Source: Eledone cirrhosa (taxonomy: Eukaryota). From it: 64,000 bases of DNA. The notes under the pieces are model-generated. The model searched no databases, had not been told where the DNA came from, and was given only the letters and a program-made list of their open reading frames with translations. The translations under genes were made by a program, and so were the position numbers. The DNA lies in assembly GCA_964016885.1 (NCBI GenBank), contig OZ024762.1, positions 19,716,001 to 19,780,000 on the forward strand. Direction: 5' to 3'. Within the stretch, counting starts at the first letter, position 1. Each line of letters starts with the position of its first letter. Below are positions 13,699 to 27,536 of this stretch, in pieces.

Positions 13699-14215
13699 TC
13701 CTCTTGTCTTTCTACTCCCACAACACTGAATCTCCCTCTTTTTATTTTCTCTCTCTCCTCCTCTTCCTCACTCTTCTCTTTCTCTCCCCTGGTTCTATCC
13801 TTCACCACCATCTACCACAACCACAATCACCACCACAACCACCACCACCACCACCACCATAACAACCACAACCACAACCATCACCACCACCACAACCACA
13901 ACCACCACCACCACCACAACCACCATCATCAATTTTCTTGTTATTTATTTTATTGTCTTCTTTCTACATAAACCTAGCCAATAGCGTTAATGTTTGTTTG
14001 TAGACAACACAACAGATGTTTAAATTTATTTCATGAGATTTCACATAGAAATCAATGGGCTTCGTTGATCTATGTTGGAAAGTTTTATGAAGACCTCGTT
14101 GGGTCTTCTTTTAGATTTGTTCAGCTTTGTTTAGAAAATAAAACTATTCCTAGAACCCACAATCTCTCTACTAGCTAGCAAATAAAATTTCTTGCAAAAA
14201 AATTTAATGATTCCT

Positions 14216-16081
14216 ATTATTATTATTATTGTTCTTTGAGTCTCAGTCATTGATGTTATTTAACTGGAAAGTTTGTCGAACTGAATATCAAGCTGCTACC
14301 TGCATCCTCAGATATTCAGGACGTATCAGAGGGTTCTTGCTGTTCCCAGCAAGCATGCCTTTTGAAGTGTTCCAAAAAGCGGGGCTGGATTAATCTTCTT
14401 TAACCATCCTTGGAAACTCTATGAGATAGTACCTAGTGCGCCTATGACAATCGGGACGACCTTGATTTCACGACAGTCCCAAATCCTTTTAAATTCCCAC
14501 TTTAAATCCTGGTATCGGTTAATTTTCTCCCTCTCCTTTACTTGCACTCTCGTGTCAAATGGTCAGGCTACATCTACAATCAGGCACAATCTGTTTTCCT
14601 TGTCCAAAACCACCAGGTCAGTCCTATTGTGTTCTAATTTCTTGTCCGTCTGTATCCTAAAATCCCATAGCACCTTCACCTGATTGTTTTCTATCACCGA
14701 CTCTGGCTTATGCTCATACCACTTCTCAGAATGTGGTAAATTGTTTACCTTGCATAGATGCCAGTGGATCACCTTGCCTATCGTATCATGTCTCCAGCCT
14801 TTATAGTGAGTCTGGGCTAGGTGTTTACACTCGGATACAATGTGGGCCACAGTCTCCACTCTCTCTCCACAGATCCTACACAGTGAGCTAGGCTCCTCCT
14901 TGTCAATATGGTGTTTCACCCACTTTGTTCTGAGGGCCTGCTCTTACGCAGCCATTAGCATTCCTTCTGTAGCTTTTTTAAGGTCTCCTCTTTTTAACCT
15001 GTTCCATGTCTGTGGATCTCTGAATTCCGTTTTCTTAAAGAAGGTACTATGAACGGATTTTTCATGAAGGTTGCTCTTCCTCCTTGTTGTTATTTCCTCC
15101 TTGGACACCCCCTGGTCTATTGTCTTCTCCTTCAGTACAATTTTGAGCATTAGCTCTTTACTGTCAGTCACATATTTGTGCAGGTTGTTTTTCTCCATCT
15201 GAACACAGTCCTCTTCCACCTTCAGATCTCCTTAAATAGAGTCTATCGACATCACTCCTCTTGTGGAACATGTTGTAGATAGTCAATAGCTTGCTAGTCT
15301 TCCTATCCATTTCTTTTTGTTCAGCAACATTCCATTTCAGAATTCCTGCACTGTATCTAATAATTGTTTCTACTTTAGGCACAAGGCCAGCAATTACCCA
15401 GTACATTACTGGTACTTTATTTTATCGACCCCGTAAGGATGAAAGGCAAAGTTAACCTCGGCGGGATTTGAACTCAGACTGTAAAGGGACGTAACTATGC
15501 TAGAAAGCATGGCGTCCAACCCTCTACCAATACTGCCAATTCACTGCCAATAGACACAGCTCGGGAATTTACTGCACTTAGACATTCCTACTAGATGTGA
15601 TTTTAATATGCTCCTTACTCTACTTATGTACTCAGATCTTATCAATTCCTTCATTTTTTTGTTCTTGATGTCATCTGCTTCCAGAACACCTAAATATTTG
15701 TATCCCTCTTCAGTGTCAATTTCCTTTATCATCTCACCTGTTGGTACCTGGATTCCGTTGCTTCTGCTCAATTTACCCCTCTTCATCACTAGGACTCCAC
15801 ACTTATTAATACCAAATTGCATACATATATCATTGATGAAAATATGGACATTGTCAACAAGTACATCCAACTCCTTCTCACTCTTCCCAAAGAGTTTAAG
15901 ATCGTCCATGAAGAGGAGATGGTTGATGGCAAGCTCTCCTTTTCCCAACTTGTATCCTGCTCTCACTTTTCGCAATATAACGGTCAGGGGTATTAGGACA
16001 AGGACAAACAGCAGAGGGGACAAACTATCTCCCTGGAAGATACCTCTCTTGATCTTCATGCCTCCCAAGGTTTCTCCACCG
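14216..16081 (-). mobile_element. 5'-truncated R4/Dong-like RLE non-LTR retrotransposon, pseudogenised, interrupted by a SINE-B
   Basis: RT motifs GIFQGDSLSPLLF, HLLFMDDLKLF, YKYLG; CCHC knuckle CRICGERVETVAHIVSEC; RHD; NRTDLVV..IVDVA endonuclease; (TAA)n tail; stops and frameshifts. Confidence 0.9.
15360..15548 (-). mobile_element. SINE-B nested in the R4-like ORF
   Basis: Removing it rejoins the reading frame RAVSI|IRYSAG. Confidence 0.9.
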
Positions 16082-16184
16082 AATGTGTGTGTGTGTGTGT
16101 CTGTGTGTCTGTTTATATGTTATGACTTAGCGTAACCACACTTCAAAGGAAAAACAAAATCACTGAAGTTGAAATAATTAACTA

Positions 16185-16660
16185 AATCAAGGCAGTGCTC
16201 CAGCATGGCCACAATCTAATGACTGAAACCAGTAAAACAGAACGGGAGTTGGCATGACTGACTAAATCCCTTGAAAGTGGTGCCCCAGCATGGCCACAGT
16301 CTGACTGAAACCAGTAAAACAGAACTAGGGTTGAGATGATTTACTTAATCCCTTCAATGTGGTGCCCCAGCTTGGCCACAGTCTGACTGAAACCAGTAAA
16401 AGAGAACTGGGGTCAATATGATTTACTAAATCCCTTGAAAGTGGTGCCCCAGCTTGGCCACAGTCTAATGACAGAAACGAGTAAAACAGAACTGGGGTTG
16501 GCATGATTTACTAAATCCCGTCAAGGTGGTTCCCCAGTATGGCCACAATCTGACTGAAACCAGTAAAAAAAAAAACTGGGGTCGATATCATTTACTAAAC
16601 CCCTTCAAGATGGTACCCCAGCATGGCCACAGTCTAATGACCGAAACCAGTAAAAAAAAT
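16185..16660 (+). repeat. ~83-bp tandem repeat (~5.5 copies)
   Basis: GTGCCCCAGCATGGCCACAGTC..GACTGAAACCAGTAAAA recurs; related single copy near 30945-30985. Confidence 0.85.
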
Positions 16661-16887
16661 GAAAGAATATCTAGTGTATATCAATACTTAAAGATAACAC
16701 CTGTTAAGTTTATTCAGATGGACATTTTTAGAATCATCATCATTATCATTATTGTTGTTGTTATTGTTGTTATTGTTGTTATTCATTTTGTTTCATTTTA
16801 TTTTTTTGTTATTGAAAAATGTTTTAAAGTTGAAAGATATTTTCCTTTGAAGATTAAAATACTTCTAAGTATGATTTTATATTTATA

Positions 16888-16937
<50 letters not shown>

Positions 16938-17177
16938 TGTATATGTATGTGTGTAAAAAATATATACATTACGTATGTAAACACACACACACGTATATAT
17001 CTATATTTGTATATATACACAGACATGTACACATACATATATATATAAATAAGTACACACACATATATCTATATTTGTATATATATACACACACACATAT
17101 ATAAATAAATACACACACACACGAGTGTATGCGCGTGTGTGTAAAAAAATATATATCGTACGTATGTATACATACTC

Positions 17178-17208
<31 letters not shown>

Positions 17209-17211
17209 CAT

Positions 17212-17278
<67 letters not shown>

Positions 17279-17304
17279 AATATATATATATATATATATG
17301 TGTG

Positions 17305-17356
<52 letters not shown>

Positions 17357-17610
17357 AATATATATATACCAGAAAATAATTATCTGTTATTTTAATAATT
17401 CAGTTCCTTTAAAAGATGCTAATTATATTCTGAAAAACTGAAATATGGTTATATAACTTATGGAATAATGTTTGAAATATGTCTTCCCTTAAGAATTATA
17501 CAACAAAACTCCAAAAGTTGTATAACCCTTCTAATAGCAGCCCGCATGAAACCCCTCCTGATTTTAGGATACAAAACTGCTTGTTTTCAATGTCTATATT
17601 TATATAAACA

Positions 17611-17798
17611 TAGGCGGTGAATTGGCAGTATCGGTAGAGAGTTATGGTCCTTTACGGTCTGAGTTCAAATCCCGCCGAGGTTAACTTTGCCTTTCATCCT
17701 TACGGGGTCGATAAAATAAAGTACCAGTCACGCACTGGGGTCAATTTAATCGACTTCCCCTTCCCCAAAATTACTGGCCTTGTGCCTATATAAGAAAC
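17611..17798 (+). mobile_element. SINE-B (tRNA-like head, Deu/Nin-like central domain)
   Basis: GGCGGTGAATTGGCAG, GAGTTCAAATCCC, GCCTTTCATCCTTACGGGGTCGATAAAA; flanked by 19-bp duplication CTATATTTRTATAAACATA. Confidence 0.88.
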
Positions 17799-18298
17799 TA
17801 TATTTGTATAAACATAGGCAACGAATTGGCCATATAATTGTGCCTATATAAGAAACTATATTTATATAAACATAAGCAACGAATTGGCCATATAATTGTG
17901 CCTATATAAGAAACTATATTTATATAAACATAGGCAACGAATTGGCCATATAATTGTGCCTATATAAGAAACTATATTTGTATAAACATAGGCAACGAAT
18001 TGGCCATATAATTGTGCCTATATAAGAAACTATATTTATATAAACATAGGCAACGAATTGGCCATATAATTGTGCCTATATAAGAAACTATATTGATATA
18101 AACATAGGCAACGAATTGGCCATATAATTGTGCCTATATAAGAAACTATATTTATATAAACATAGGCAACGAATTGGCCATATAATTGTGCCTATATAAG
18201 AAACTAGATTTATATAAACATAGGCAACGAATTGGCCATATAATTGTGCCTATATAAGAAACTATATTTGTATAAACATAGGCAACGAATTGGCCATA
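17780..18298. repeat. 58-bp minisatellite (~9 copies)
   Basis: TTGTGCCTATATAAGAAACTATATTTATATAAACATAGGCAACGAATTGGCCATATAA. Confidence 0.95.
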
Positions 18299-18392
18299 AT
18301 GAGATTCAACTGTGGAAAGAGTAGATGTAAATCTTTCATTGAACAATTCAAGTTTAACCCTTTAGCATTTACATTACTCTATATTTGCTATT

Positions 18393-18552
18393 AGGTGGTG
18401 AATTGGCAGAGTTGTTAGAACATCAGAGAGAATGCTATATGGTATTCATCTTGGCTCTCTGGCTCCCTGAGTTCAAATCCCGCCGAAGTTAGCTTTGTCT
18501 TTCAGCCTTTTGAGGTCGATAAAAAAAGTACCAGTCTAGTACTGGGGTTGAT
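18393..18552 (+). mobile_element. SINE-B-related copy
   Basis: GGTGGTGAATTGGCAG...GAGTTCAAATCCCGCC...GGTCGATAAAA. Confidence 0.75.
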
Positions 18553-18733
18553 TCTTCCTCTATATCTCTTACTCATTTCCTCTTTCTCTCACTTTCTATC
18601 TTTCTCTGGAAGTAATTGCTGTACTCAGGCCTGGAGAGGGATGGGCTCCACCAGGCTTAACATGTCCAAGAAATGGCTGTATGTCAATACAGCACCCTTT
18701 ACGACTGCCCCATGAGTTACGGGGCCATACATA

Positions 18734-19080
18734 CATCATCATCATCATCATCATCATTTTACGTCCGCTTTTCCCTGCTTGCAAGGGTGGGACGGGAACT
18801 GATTCTGGCTTGATTTCTACAGCTGGATGCCCTTCCTAACACCAACCTCATTTACAGTGAGTGCTGGGTTCTTTTTTTGCCGTGGCACCTCCACGACCAC
18901 TTTGCAGTGGAATGATAGGGACCCCAGTCCCTATCATCTCATTTCTACAGCTGAGTAAACTGGAGCTATGTGGAATAAAGTGTCTTGCTCAAGGAAACAG
19001 CACATCACCCGGTCTGAGAATTGAACTCACAACCTTTCGATTGCAAGGCCAATGCTCTAACCACTAAGCCATGTGCCTCC
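18734..19080 (-). mobile_element. SINE-A full length
   Basis: Matches family consensus; (ATG)n tail. Confidence 0.93.
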
Positions 19081-19605
19081 ATACATTTATATAAGCAAAG
19101 TTGTCCCGATGACCAAGATGTAGCACGAGTGTAAGAATTCATGAGTTTAAGAAGTTGAAAGATGTGTCTGTGTGTGATCTTGTCTCATTCATTTTCTTCT
19201 TCTACTTCTTTCTTCCTATCACTTCTGTGGGCCAACACACTCCCAGCCTCTGATGTCTGTCCTCTGAGGAAATCCTTGGCAGCATTTTGCTGTTTTTAAC
19301 AGCTATTCTTGTGTTGAGTTTTCTCATTATTTTATGAATTCTATATTTATATTAAAAACCTCCCCTCATAAATTTATGAAAGAGCCGTTTGTTAGGTAAT
19401 GTTCCAAGCAACACCTTAATAACAAGATAGTTAGTTATATTACTAAATAACACTCAAATACTTGATTATTTTCAAAATTGTTTGAAAATCATATGCAATC
19501 TCTTACATTAGAAATATGGTAATGAAATAGTTAAATTGTTTAATAGTTAAAATCTTTTAGATAAATATAAAAAATGTCACTCTTTTATGCCCGAACCTTC
19601 GTTAG

Positions 19606-21310
19606 CCCTTTAGCATTCACATTACTCTATATATACTATTATATTTTCATGGTAAAGGCTTTACCCCACATAATATCTCACATAACATTCACATTACTCT
19701 ATATATACTATTATATTTTCATCGTAAAGGCTTTACCTCACATAATATCTCACATAACATTCACATTACTCTATATATACTATTATATTTTTACCCCACA
19801 TAATATCTCACATAACATTCACATTACTCTATATATACTATTGTATTTTCATGGTAAAGGCTTTACCTCACATAATATCTCACATAACATTCACATTACT
19901 CTATATATACTATTATATTTTCATGGTAAAGGCTTTACCTCACATAATATCTCACATAACATTCACATTACTCTATATATACTATTGTATTTTCATGGTA
20001 AAGGCTTTACCTCACATAATATCTCACATAACATTCACATTACTCTATATATACTATTATATTTTCATCGTAAAGGCTTTACCTCACATAATATCTCACA
20101 TAACATTCACATTACTCTATATATACTATTATATTTTCATGGTAAAGGCTTTACCTCACATAATATCTCACATAACATTCACATTACTCTATATATACTA
20201 TTATATTTTCATGGTAAAGACTTTACCTCACATAATATCTCACATAACATTTACATTACTCTATATATACTATTATATTTTCATGGTAAAGGCTTTACCT
20301 CACATAATATCTCACATAACATTCACATTACTCTATATATACTATTGTATTTTCATCGTAAAGGCTTTACCTCACATAATATCTCACATAACATTCACAT
20401 TACTCTATATATACTATTATATTTTCATCGTAAAGGCTTTACCTCACATAATATCTCACATAACATTCACATTACTCTATATATACTATTATATTTTCAT
20501 GGTAAAGGCTTTACCTCACATAATATCTCACATAACATTCACATTACTCTATATATGCTATTATATTTTCATGGTAAAGGCTTTACCTCACATAATATCT
20601 CACATAACATTCACATTACTCTATATATGCTATTATATTTTCATCGTAAAGGCTTTACCTCACATAATATCTCGCATAACATTCACATTACTCTATATAT
20701 ACTATTATATTTTCATGGTAAAGGCTTTACCTCACATAATATCTCACATAACATTCACATTACTCTATATATACTATTATATATTCATGGTAAAGGCTTT
20801 ATCTCACATAATATCTCACATAACATTCACATTACTCTATATATACTATTATATTTTCATGGTAAAGGCTTTACCTCACATAATATCTCACATAACATTC
20901 ACCTTACTCTATATATGCTATTATATTTTCATGGTAAAGGCTTTACCTCACATAATATCTCACATAACATTCACATTACTCTATATATGCTATTATATTT
21001 TCATGGTAAAGGCTTTACCTCACATAATATCTCGCATAACATTCACATTACTCTATATATACTATTATATTTTCATGGTAAAGGCTGTACCTCACATAAT
21101 ATCTCACATAACATTCACATTACTCTATATATACTATTATATTTTCATGGTAAAGGCTTTACCTCACATAATTATCTCAGATATCGAATCTATGAAATTT
21201 TGATATTATTTATTTTGAGAACAATACCTTAACATCAGTACGAGTGGCCGGTTACAGCCAGTTTGAATAGAAAAAGGTGAGAGAATTCTGACCAGATATG
21301 GCTGGTTTAA
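19606..21310 (+). mobile_element. piggyBac-type MITE P with internal 72-bp tandem array (~22 copies, 19614-21170)
   Basis: Begins CCCTTTAGCATTCAC; unit equals the 5' part of MITE P; normal MITE body resumes after 21170. Confidence 0.9.
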
Positions 21311-21374
21311 AAGCGTTGGTGCAACGATAAAATGCACCTAGTGAAGTGGAAAATGGGTGTAAGTATGATGGGGT

Positions 21375-21700
21375 GGGGGTGACGATGATGATGGTGGTGA
21401 TTATGATGATGATGATGACGACAGTGATGCGGATGATAATGATGACTGATTGTGATGATGGTGATAATGATGACTGATGGTGACGATGATAATAATGATG
21501 ATGGTGGTGGTGGTGGTGGTGATGATGGTGATGGTGGTGTTGATGGTGTTGATGATGGTGATGGTGTTGATGGTGATGGTGGTGGTGATGATGGTGATGG
21601 TGTTGATGATGGTGGTGATGGTGGTGGTGGGGATGGGGATGATGGTGGTGATGGTGGTGGTGGTGGTGGTGGTGGTGGTGGTGGTGATGATGATGATGAA
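21375..21700. repeat. (GAT/GGT)n triplet repeat
   Basis: Low-complexity triplets. Confidence 0.95.
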
Positions 21701-21819
21701 TTAATTTAAACTTGAGAAAGGTTTCATACAACATGAAACCTCTTCCATCAAATCCTTTGTACAGAGCTACATTTAAAGACTTATTCAACCCACATGTAGG
21801 AATAGATGTAAATATCTTT

Positions 21820-21832
21820 ATATACATGTATA

Positions 21833-21879
<47 letters not shown>

Positions 21880-22152
21880 GTGTTTAGATGTGTATGTATA
21901 TGTGTGTGTGTGTGTGTTTAGATATGTATGTATATGTGTGTGTGTGTGTGTGTTTGTTTAGATATGGATGTGTGTGTATATATATATATGTTTGTGTTTA
22001 GATATGTATGTGTATATATATATATGTGTGTGTGTGTATGTGTGGTTGTGTTTAGATATATATGTATGTGAATATATGTGTGTGTGTGTGTGTGTGTTTA
22101 GATATGGATGTGTGTGTATATATATATATGTTTGTGTTTAGATATGTATGTG

Positions 22153-22185
<33 letters not shown>

Positions 22186-22302
22186 ATGTGTGGTTGTGTT
22201 TAGTTATATATGTATGTGAATATATGTGTGTGTGTGTGTGTGTGTTTAGATATGGATGTGTGTGTATATATATATATGTTTGTGTTTAGATATGTATGTG
22301 TG

Positions 22303-22335
<33 letters not shown>

Positions 22336-24198
22336 ATGTGTGGTTGTGTTTAGTTATATATGTATGTGAATATATATATATGTGTGTGTGTGTATATATA
22401 TGCGTGTGTGTGTCTTTGTCTAGATATGTATGTGTGTGTATATATATATATGTGTGGGTGTGTGTTTGTTTAGATATGTATGTGTGTATATATATATATA
22501 TATATGAGTGGGTGTGTGTTTGTTTACATATGTACGTGTGTGTATATATATGTGTGAGCATATGTTCCTGACGCACGCACACACGCATGCACACACACAT
22601 ACACGCACACACACACGCAACTTTGGACAATATCTTATTGTCATGCCAAACGATATCAACGTATTCTTAAGACTCCTTTGTAAATAACTAAATTTGTTGA
22701 ACAATTTAACCCACATCTACAATGATAGCAATATACAGGTGTGTGTGTGTGAGTATATATATGTGTGTATAGGTGTGTGTGTGTGTGTAAATATATATAT
22801 GTATATATGTGTGTGTGTAGGTTTGTGTGTGCGTGTGTAAATAGATATATGTATATATGTGTGTGCATGTGTGAGTATATATATGTGTGTGTAGGTTTGT
22901 GTGTGTAAATATATATAAGTATATATGTGTGTGTGTGTGTGAGTATATATATGTGTGTGTAGGTTTGTGTGTGTAAATATATATATGTATATATGTGTGT
23001 GTGAATATATGTGTGTGTAGGTGTGTGTGTGTAAATATATATATGTATATATGTGTGTGTGCGTGTGTGAGTATATATATGTGTGTCTAAATATATATAT
23101 GTATATATGTGTGTGCGAATATATGTGTGTGTAGGTTTGTGTGTGTGTAAATATATATATATGTATATATGTCTGTGCGAATATATATATGTGTCTGTAG
23201 GTGTGTGTGTAAATATAAGTATATATGTGTGTGTGTAAATATATATATATATATGTGTGTGGAGGTGTGTGCGTAAATATATATATGTGTATATGTGTGT
23301 GCGAATATATATGTGTGTGTAGGTTTGTGTGTGTGTAAATATATATATGTATATATGTGTGTGAAGGTTTGTGTGTGTGTAAATATATATATGTATATAT
23401 GTGTGTGTGAATATATATATATGTGTATGTGTGTGTGAATATATATATGTATATGTGTATGTGTGTGTGAATATATATATATATATACGCGCGCGCATGA
23501 ATATATATTTATATGTATGTATATATATATATATATATATATATGAGTGTGTTTGTATGTGAATATATATGTCTATATATATGAATATATGTGTATCATC
23601 ATCATCATTTTACGTCCGCTTTTCCCTGCTTGCAAGGGTGGGACGGGGACTGATTCTGGCTTGATTTCTACAGCTAGATGCCCTTCCTAACACCAACCTC
23701 ATTCACAGTGAATGCTGGGTGCTTTTTTGCCGTGGCACCTACACGTCCACTTTGCAGTGGAATGATAGGGACCCCAGTCCCTATCATCTCATTTCTACAG
23801 CTGAGTAAACTGGAGCAATGTGAAATAAAGTGTCTTGCTCAAGGAAACAACACATCACCCGGTCTGAGAATTGAACTCACAACCTTTCGATTGCAAGGCC
23901 AATGCTCTAACCACTAAGCCATGTCCCTCCATCTAAGCCATATGCCTTTCATATGAGTGTGAATATATATCTATATATGTGTGTGTATGTGTTTGAATAT
24001 ATATATGTATATGTGAGTGTGTGTGTGAATATATATATATATATATATGTGAGTGTGTGTATATATATATATGTGTGTATGTGTTTGAATATATATATAT
24101 ATATATATGTATATGTATATGTGAGTGTGTGTGTGAATATATATATATATGTGAGCGTGTGTGTGTATATATATATATATATATGTGTATGTGTTTGA

Positions 24199-24229
<31 letters not shown>

Positions 24230-25205
24230 CTTGGACATATGCAAAGTGTAGATTTGTGTGTGTGTATATATATGCGCATATGCCTGCACATACATGCACA
24301 GAGTAGATTTATATATGTAAATATGCATGTATGTACCTGTTGACAATCATACACATACACATACTGATTGTGTACATATATGTATGTACATATGTGTGTG
24401 TGTGTGTGTGTGAATCTGCATACACAAACATATGGACAGGCACGCACACGTCAACGCAGCGCACATTTCAAAGACAACAATTATGTATGTATATATATGT
24501 ATGTATATATGTGTGTGTGTGTGATAGATATACTCGTGTATTCTCACTGACACACGCATACATACATCCACACACATGCACACAATCCATTTACATGCAC
24601 ACAATCCATATGTGTGTATATATATATATATATATATGTGATGTGTGTATATATATATATGTGTGTGTGTATATATATGTATGTGTGTCTATATATATAT
24701 ATATATATATAAATATACATCATGTATACGTATATGTGCATGTCTAATTGCATTTACTGTTGCACACAGACACGCACATGCACCAATACCCATACACGCA
24801 CGCAACGCATTTACAGTAGATTTATATATACAGTATATATATATATGTATATATATATACATACATACATATGTATATATGCACACACACATATATATAT
24901 ATATAATATAATATACATACGTATATATGCATGTATATATGCATATATACATGCATATATATATGTATATATATATATATATATTATATATGTATATGTA
25001 TATATATACATATGCATATATATGCACACATATATATATGCATATATATATATGTATATATTATATATTATATATATATATATATACACACACACATATG
25101 CATACATATATATATATATATATGCATATATGTATGCATATATACATATATATGTATGTATATTTGTGTATATACATGTATATATATGTGTGCATGTCTA
25201 TATAA
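21820..25205. repeat. Large compound (TG)/(TA) microsatellite field with cryptic sub-repeats
   Basis: Dinucleotide mosaics, e.g. repeated GTTTAGATATG and GTAGGTTTGTG. Confidence 0.9.
23595..23930 (-). mobile_element. SINE-A full length
   Basis: Family consensus match. Confidence 0.93.
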
Positions 25206-25351
25206 CGTTACACAGCCACATACAAGCACACCCCCAACACATTTGGACAATGGTACATTGTTCCGCTCCGTAGCTTCAAATTCCAACCAGTACAAAAGAT
25301 GCATTTATTTCTGAACTGAATGGCACCTTCAAGCCGATCCTTAAGGAAGCC

Positions 25352-25712
25352 TCTTCTTCTTCTTCGCCTTTTTCTTCTTCTTCTTCTTCACCTTCTTCTT
25401 TTTCTTCTTCTTCTTCTTCTTCTTCTTCTTTTTCTTCTTCTTCTTCTTTTTCTTCTTCTTCTTCTTCTTCTTCTTCTTTTTCTTCTTCTTCTTCTTTTTC
25501 TTCTTTTTCTTCTTTTTCTTCTTCTTCTTCTTTTTCTTCTTCTTCTTCTTCTTTTTCTTCTTTTTCTTCTTTTTCTTCTTCTTTTTCTTCTTCTTTTTCT
25601 TCTTCTTCTTCTTCTTCTTCTTCTTCTTTGCCTTTTTCTTCTTCGCCTTTTTCTTCTTCTTTACCTTCTTCTTCGCCTTCTTCTTCGCCTTCTTCTTCGC
25701 CTTCTTCTTCTC
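25352..25712. repeat. (TTC)n microsatellite
   Basis: Pyrimidine triplet run. Confidence 0.95.
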
Positions 25713-25911
25713 CCAACACTACTACTACTACTGCTATTACCACCACCAATACTACTACAGCCTATCTTTGTGTGACTGAAATGTCTTTACAGAAGTCATC
25801 AGTGTGGTTTCTTTCCATTTTCCTCTCCCTTCTTGAAATCCTGATATCAATTATAAATAAGAATCTCACAACTGGTTGCATCAGGTGTGCAGCTATGCAT
25901 TCCTAGCGATT

Positions 25912-26100
25912 CCATTGTAAGGAAGACGTAGTAGAGGAAGACCACAAAAAACATGGGCGGACCTCAGATCGCAGAAGGTCACAGTGGAGATGACAAAGGA
26001 CCGTGACAAGTGGAGTCCTATTCAGCACAGCAGTTGCTGTGCTGAATAGGACTCGTCCCACCCTTGCAAGCAAGGAAAAGCGGACATAAAATGATGATGA
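25912..26100 (+). mobile_element. RTE LINE 3' fragment
   Basis: Aligns to 45195-45375 with deletions; (ATG)n tail. Confidence 0.85.
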
Positions 26101-26103
26101 TAT

Positions 26104-26282
26104 ATAGGCTTGAAAATGGAATGAGAATACGAAGAAGGCAAGAACGGGGTGGGGAAGGAGTTTTCCTCATCAGTTGTCTACTGGGGGTCTCATATTTCAA
26201 CGCTTTAAAGACAACCGATGAGGAAAACTCCCCCCTCCTCCTTCTTGCTTTCTTCTTATTCTCATTCTATTTTTAAGCCTAT
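26104..26282. repeat. Imperfect fold-back (arms 26104-26179 / 26209-26282)
   Basis: GGAGTTTTCCTCATCAGTTGTCT vs AGACAACCGATGAGGAAAACTCC. Confidence 0.8.
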
Positions 26283-26316
26283 CTAAAACTAACAACTACA
26301 CGGCCATCCTATTCTC

Positions 26317-26362
<46 letters not shown>

Positions 26363-27314
26363 GTATTTCCCGGTAAATTTGAAAAAGAAATAAGGAACAA
26401 ACGTTGGCCTCCAAGGTGCACGGTAGACTTTTGAGACTTAATTTAGGAAAAAAGTAGCGTCTCTGACGCTGGGAAATACGGTATATTTCCCTCATCATCA
26501 TCATTTAACGTCCGCACTCCCTGTTAGAAAGGGATTGATAGGTTTACATAAACCATGTCAGCACAGAAGCATGGTTACTGACCTCCCAGGGAGACCAAGT
26601 GGTCTGTATCCCGCTTATGTACAGTTGTTTCGAGTTCAGAGGAGGAGTTATGTCTTTTGACACAAACTGAAAGGTCCTCCTAACCCCTTGTTTGGCAAGC
26701 TTTCTATGGCTGGATGGCCCTCCTATCACCAACCATTTATATATAATTTTGATAAAGTGTCCCACATGACTAAGAACATAAAAAACGAATGAGACACAGT
26801 TGAAACAAAACAGTCTCTTCTCATCAGTCAACCATTGGCAGTCCTCATGGTTTCAGATCTTGAAGGATTGATACTATTAGTTCCTGTGCATATGAGACAT
26901 TAACAAATGGACACAATTTACAAATAAATTAATTGTTACGAACCAATGTGCTGCAACTTGGAAGATAGAAACCCACCATATTAGCGTAGAAGGCAAAGTG
27001 AGAAAGAGAAGGTTGAAAAGAAAGAGAATATACACGTATTAATAGAAAATATATGCAGAGCTAGATTTAGACATAGGCAGGCCTGGGCTACTTCAGGTTT
27101 GGGGGCCCCCCTTATACATAAATTATTAGAATACAGAAAACCCATTCCAATTTTACATATCAAAGTTAACTTGGTGCAAATAATTGAGATTACTAAGTTA
27201 TACATACAGGAATTAATTAAAAAAAATCTAACCATCCTAAAACTAAAAAGCTCAACAAAGAATACAAATAAATTGCTATAGTCATCGGTGGTGGGGCTCC
27301 TCACTGCATTATTA

Positions 27315-27500
27315 TTTGGCAGTATCGGTGGAGGGTCGGACGCCATGCTTTCCAGCATAGTTACGTCCATTTACGATCTGAGTTCAAATCGCGTCGAGGT
27401 TAACTTTGCCTTTCATCCTTACGGGGTCGTCGATAAAATAAAGTACCAGTAATACACTGGGTAATTGCTGGCTTTGTCCCAAAAGTAGAAACAATTATTA
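27315..27500 (+). mobile_element. SINE-B
   Basis: Family consensus; (ATT)n tail. Confidence 0.88.
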
Positions 27501-27505
27501 TTATT

Positions 27506-27534
<29 letters not shown>

Positions 27535-27536
<2 letters not shown>

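Noticed and set aside
19574-21232. 552-aa and 450-aa ORFs
   Set aside because: Translation of a 72-bp (3 x 24) stop-free repeat derived from a non-coding MITE.
25765-25806. Minus-strand CTGATGA
   Set aside because: No GAAA box or stem III.
26765-26832. Minus-strand CTGATGA followed by a GAGAC/GTCTC hairpin
   Set aside because: GTTT replaces GAAA; core incomplete.
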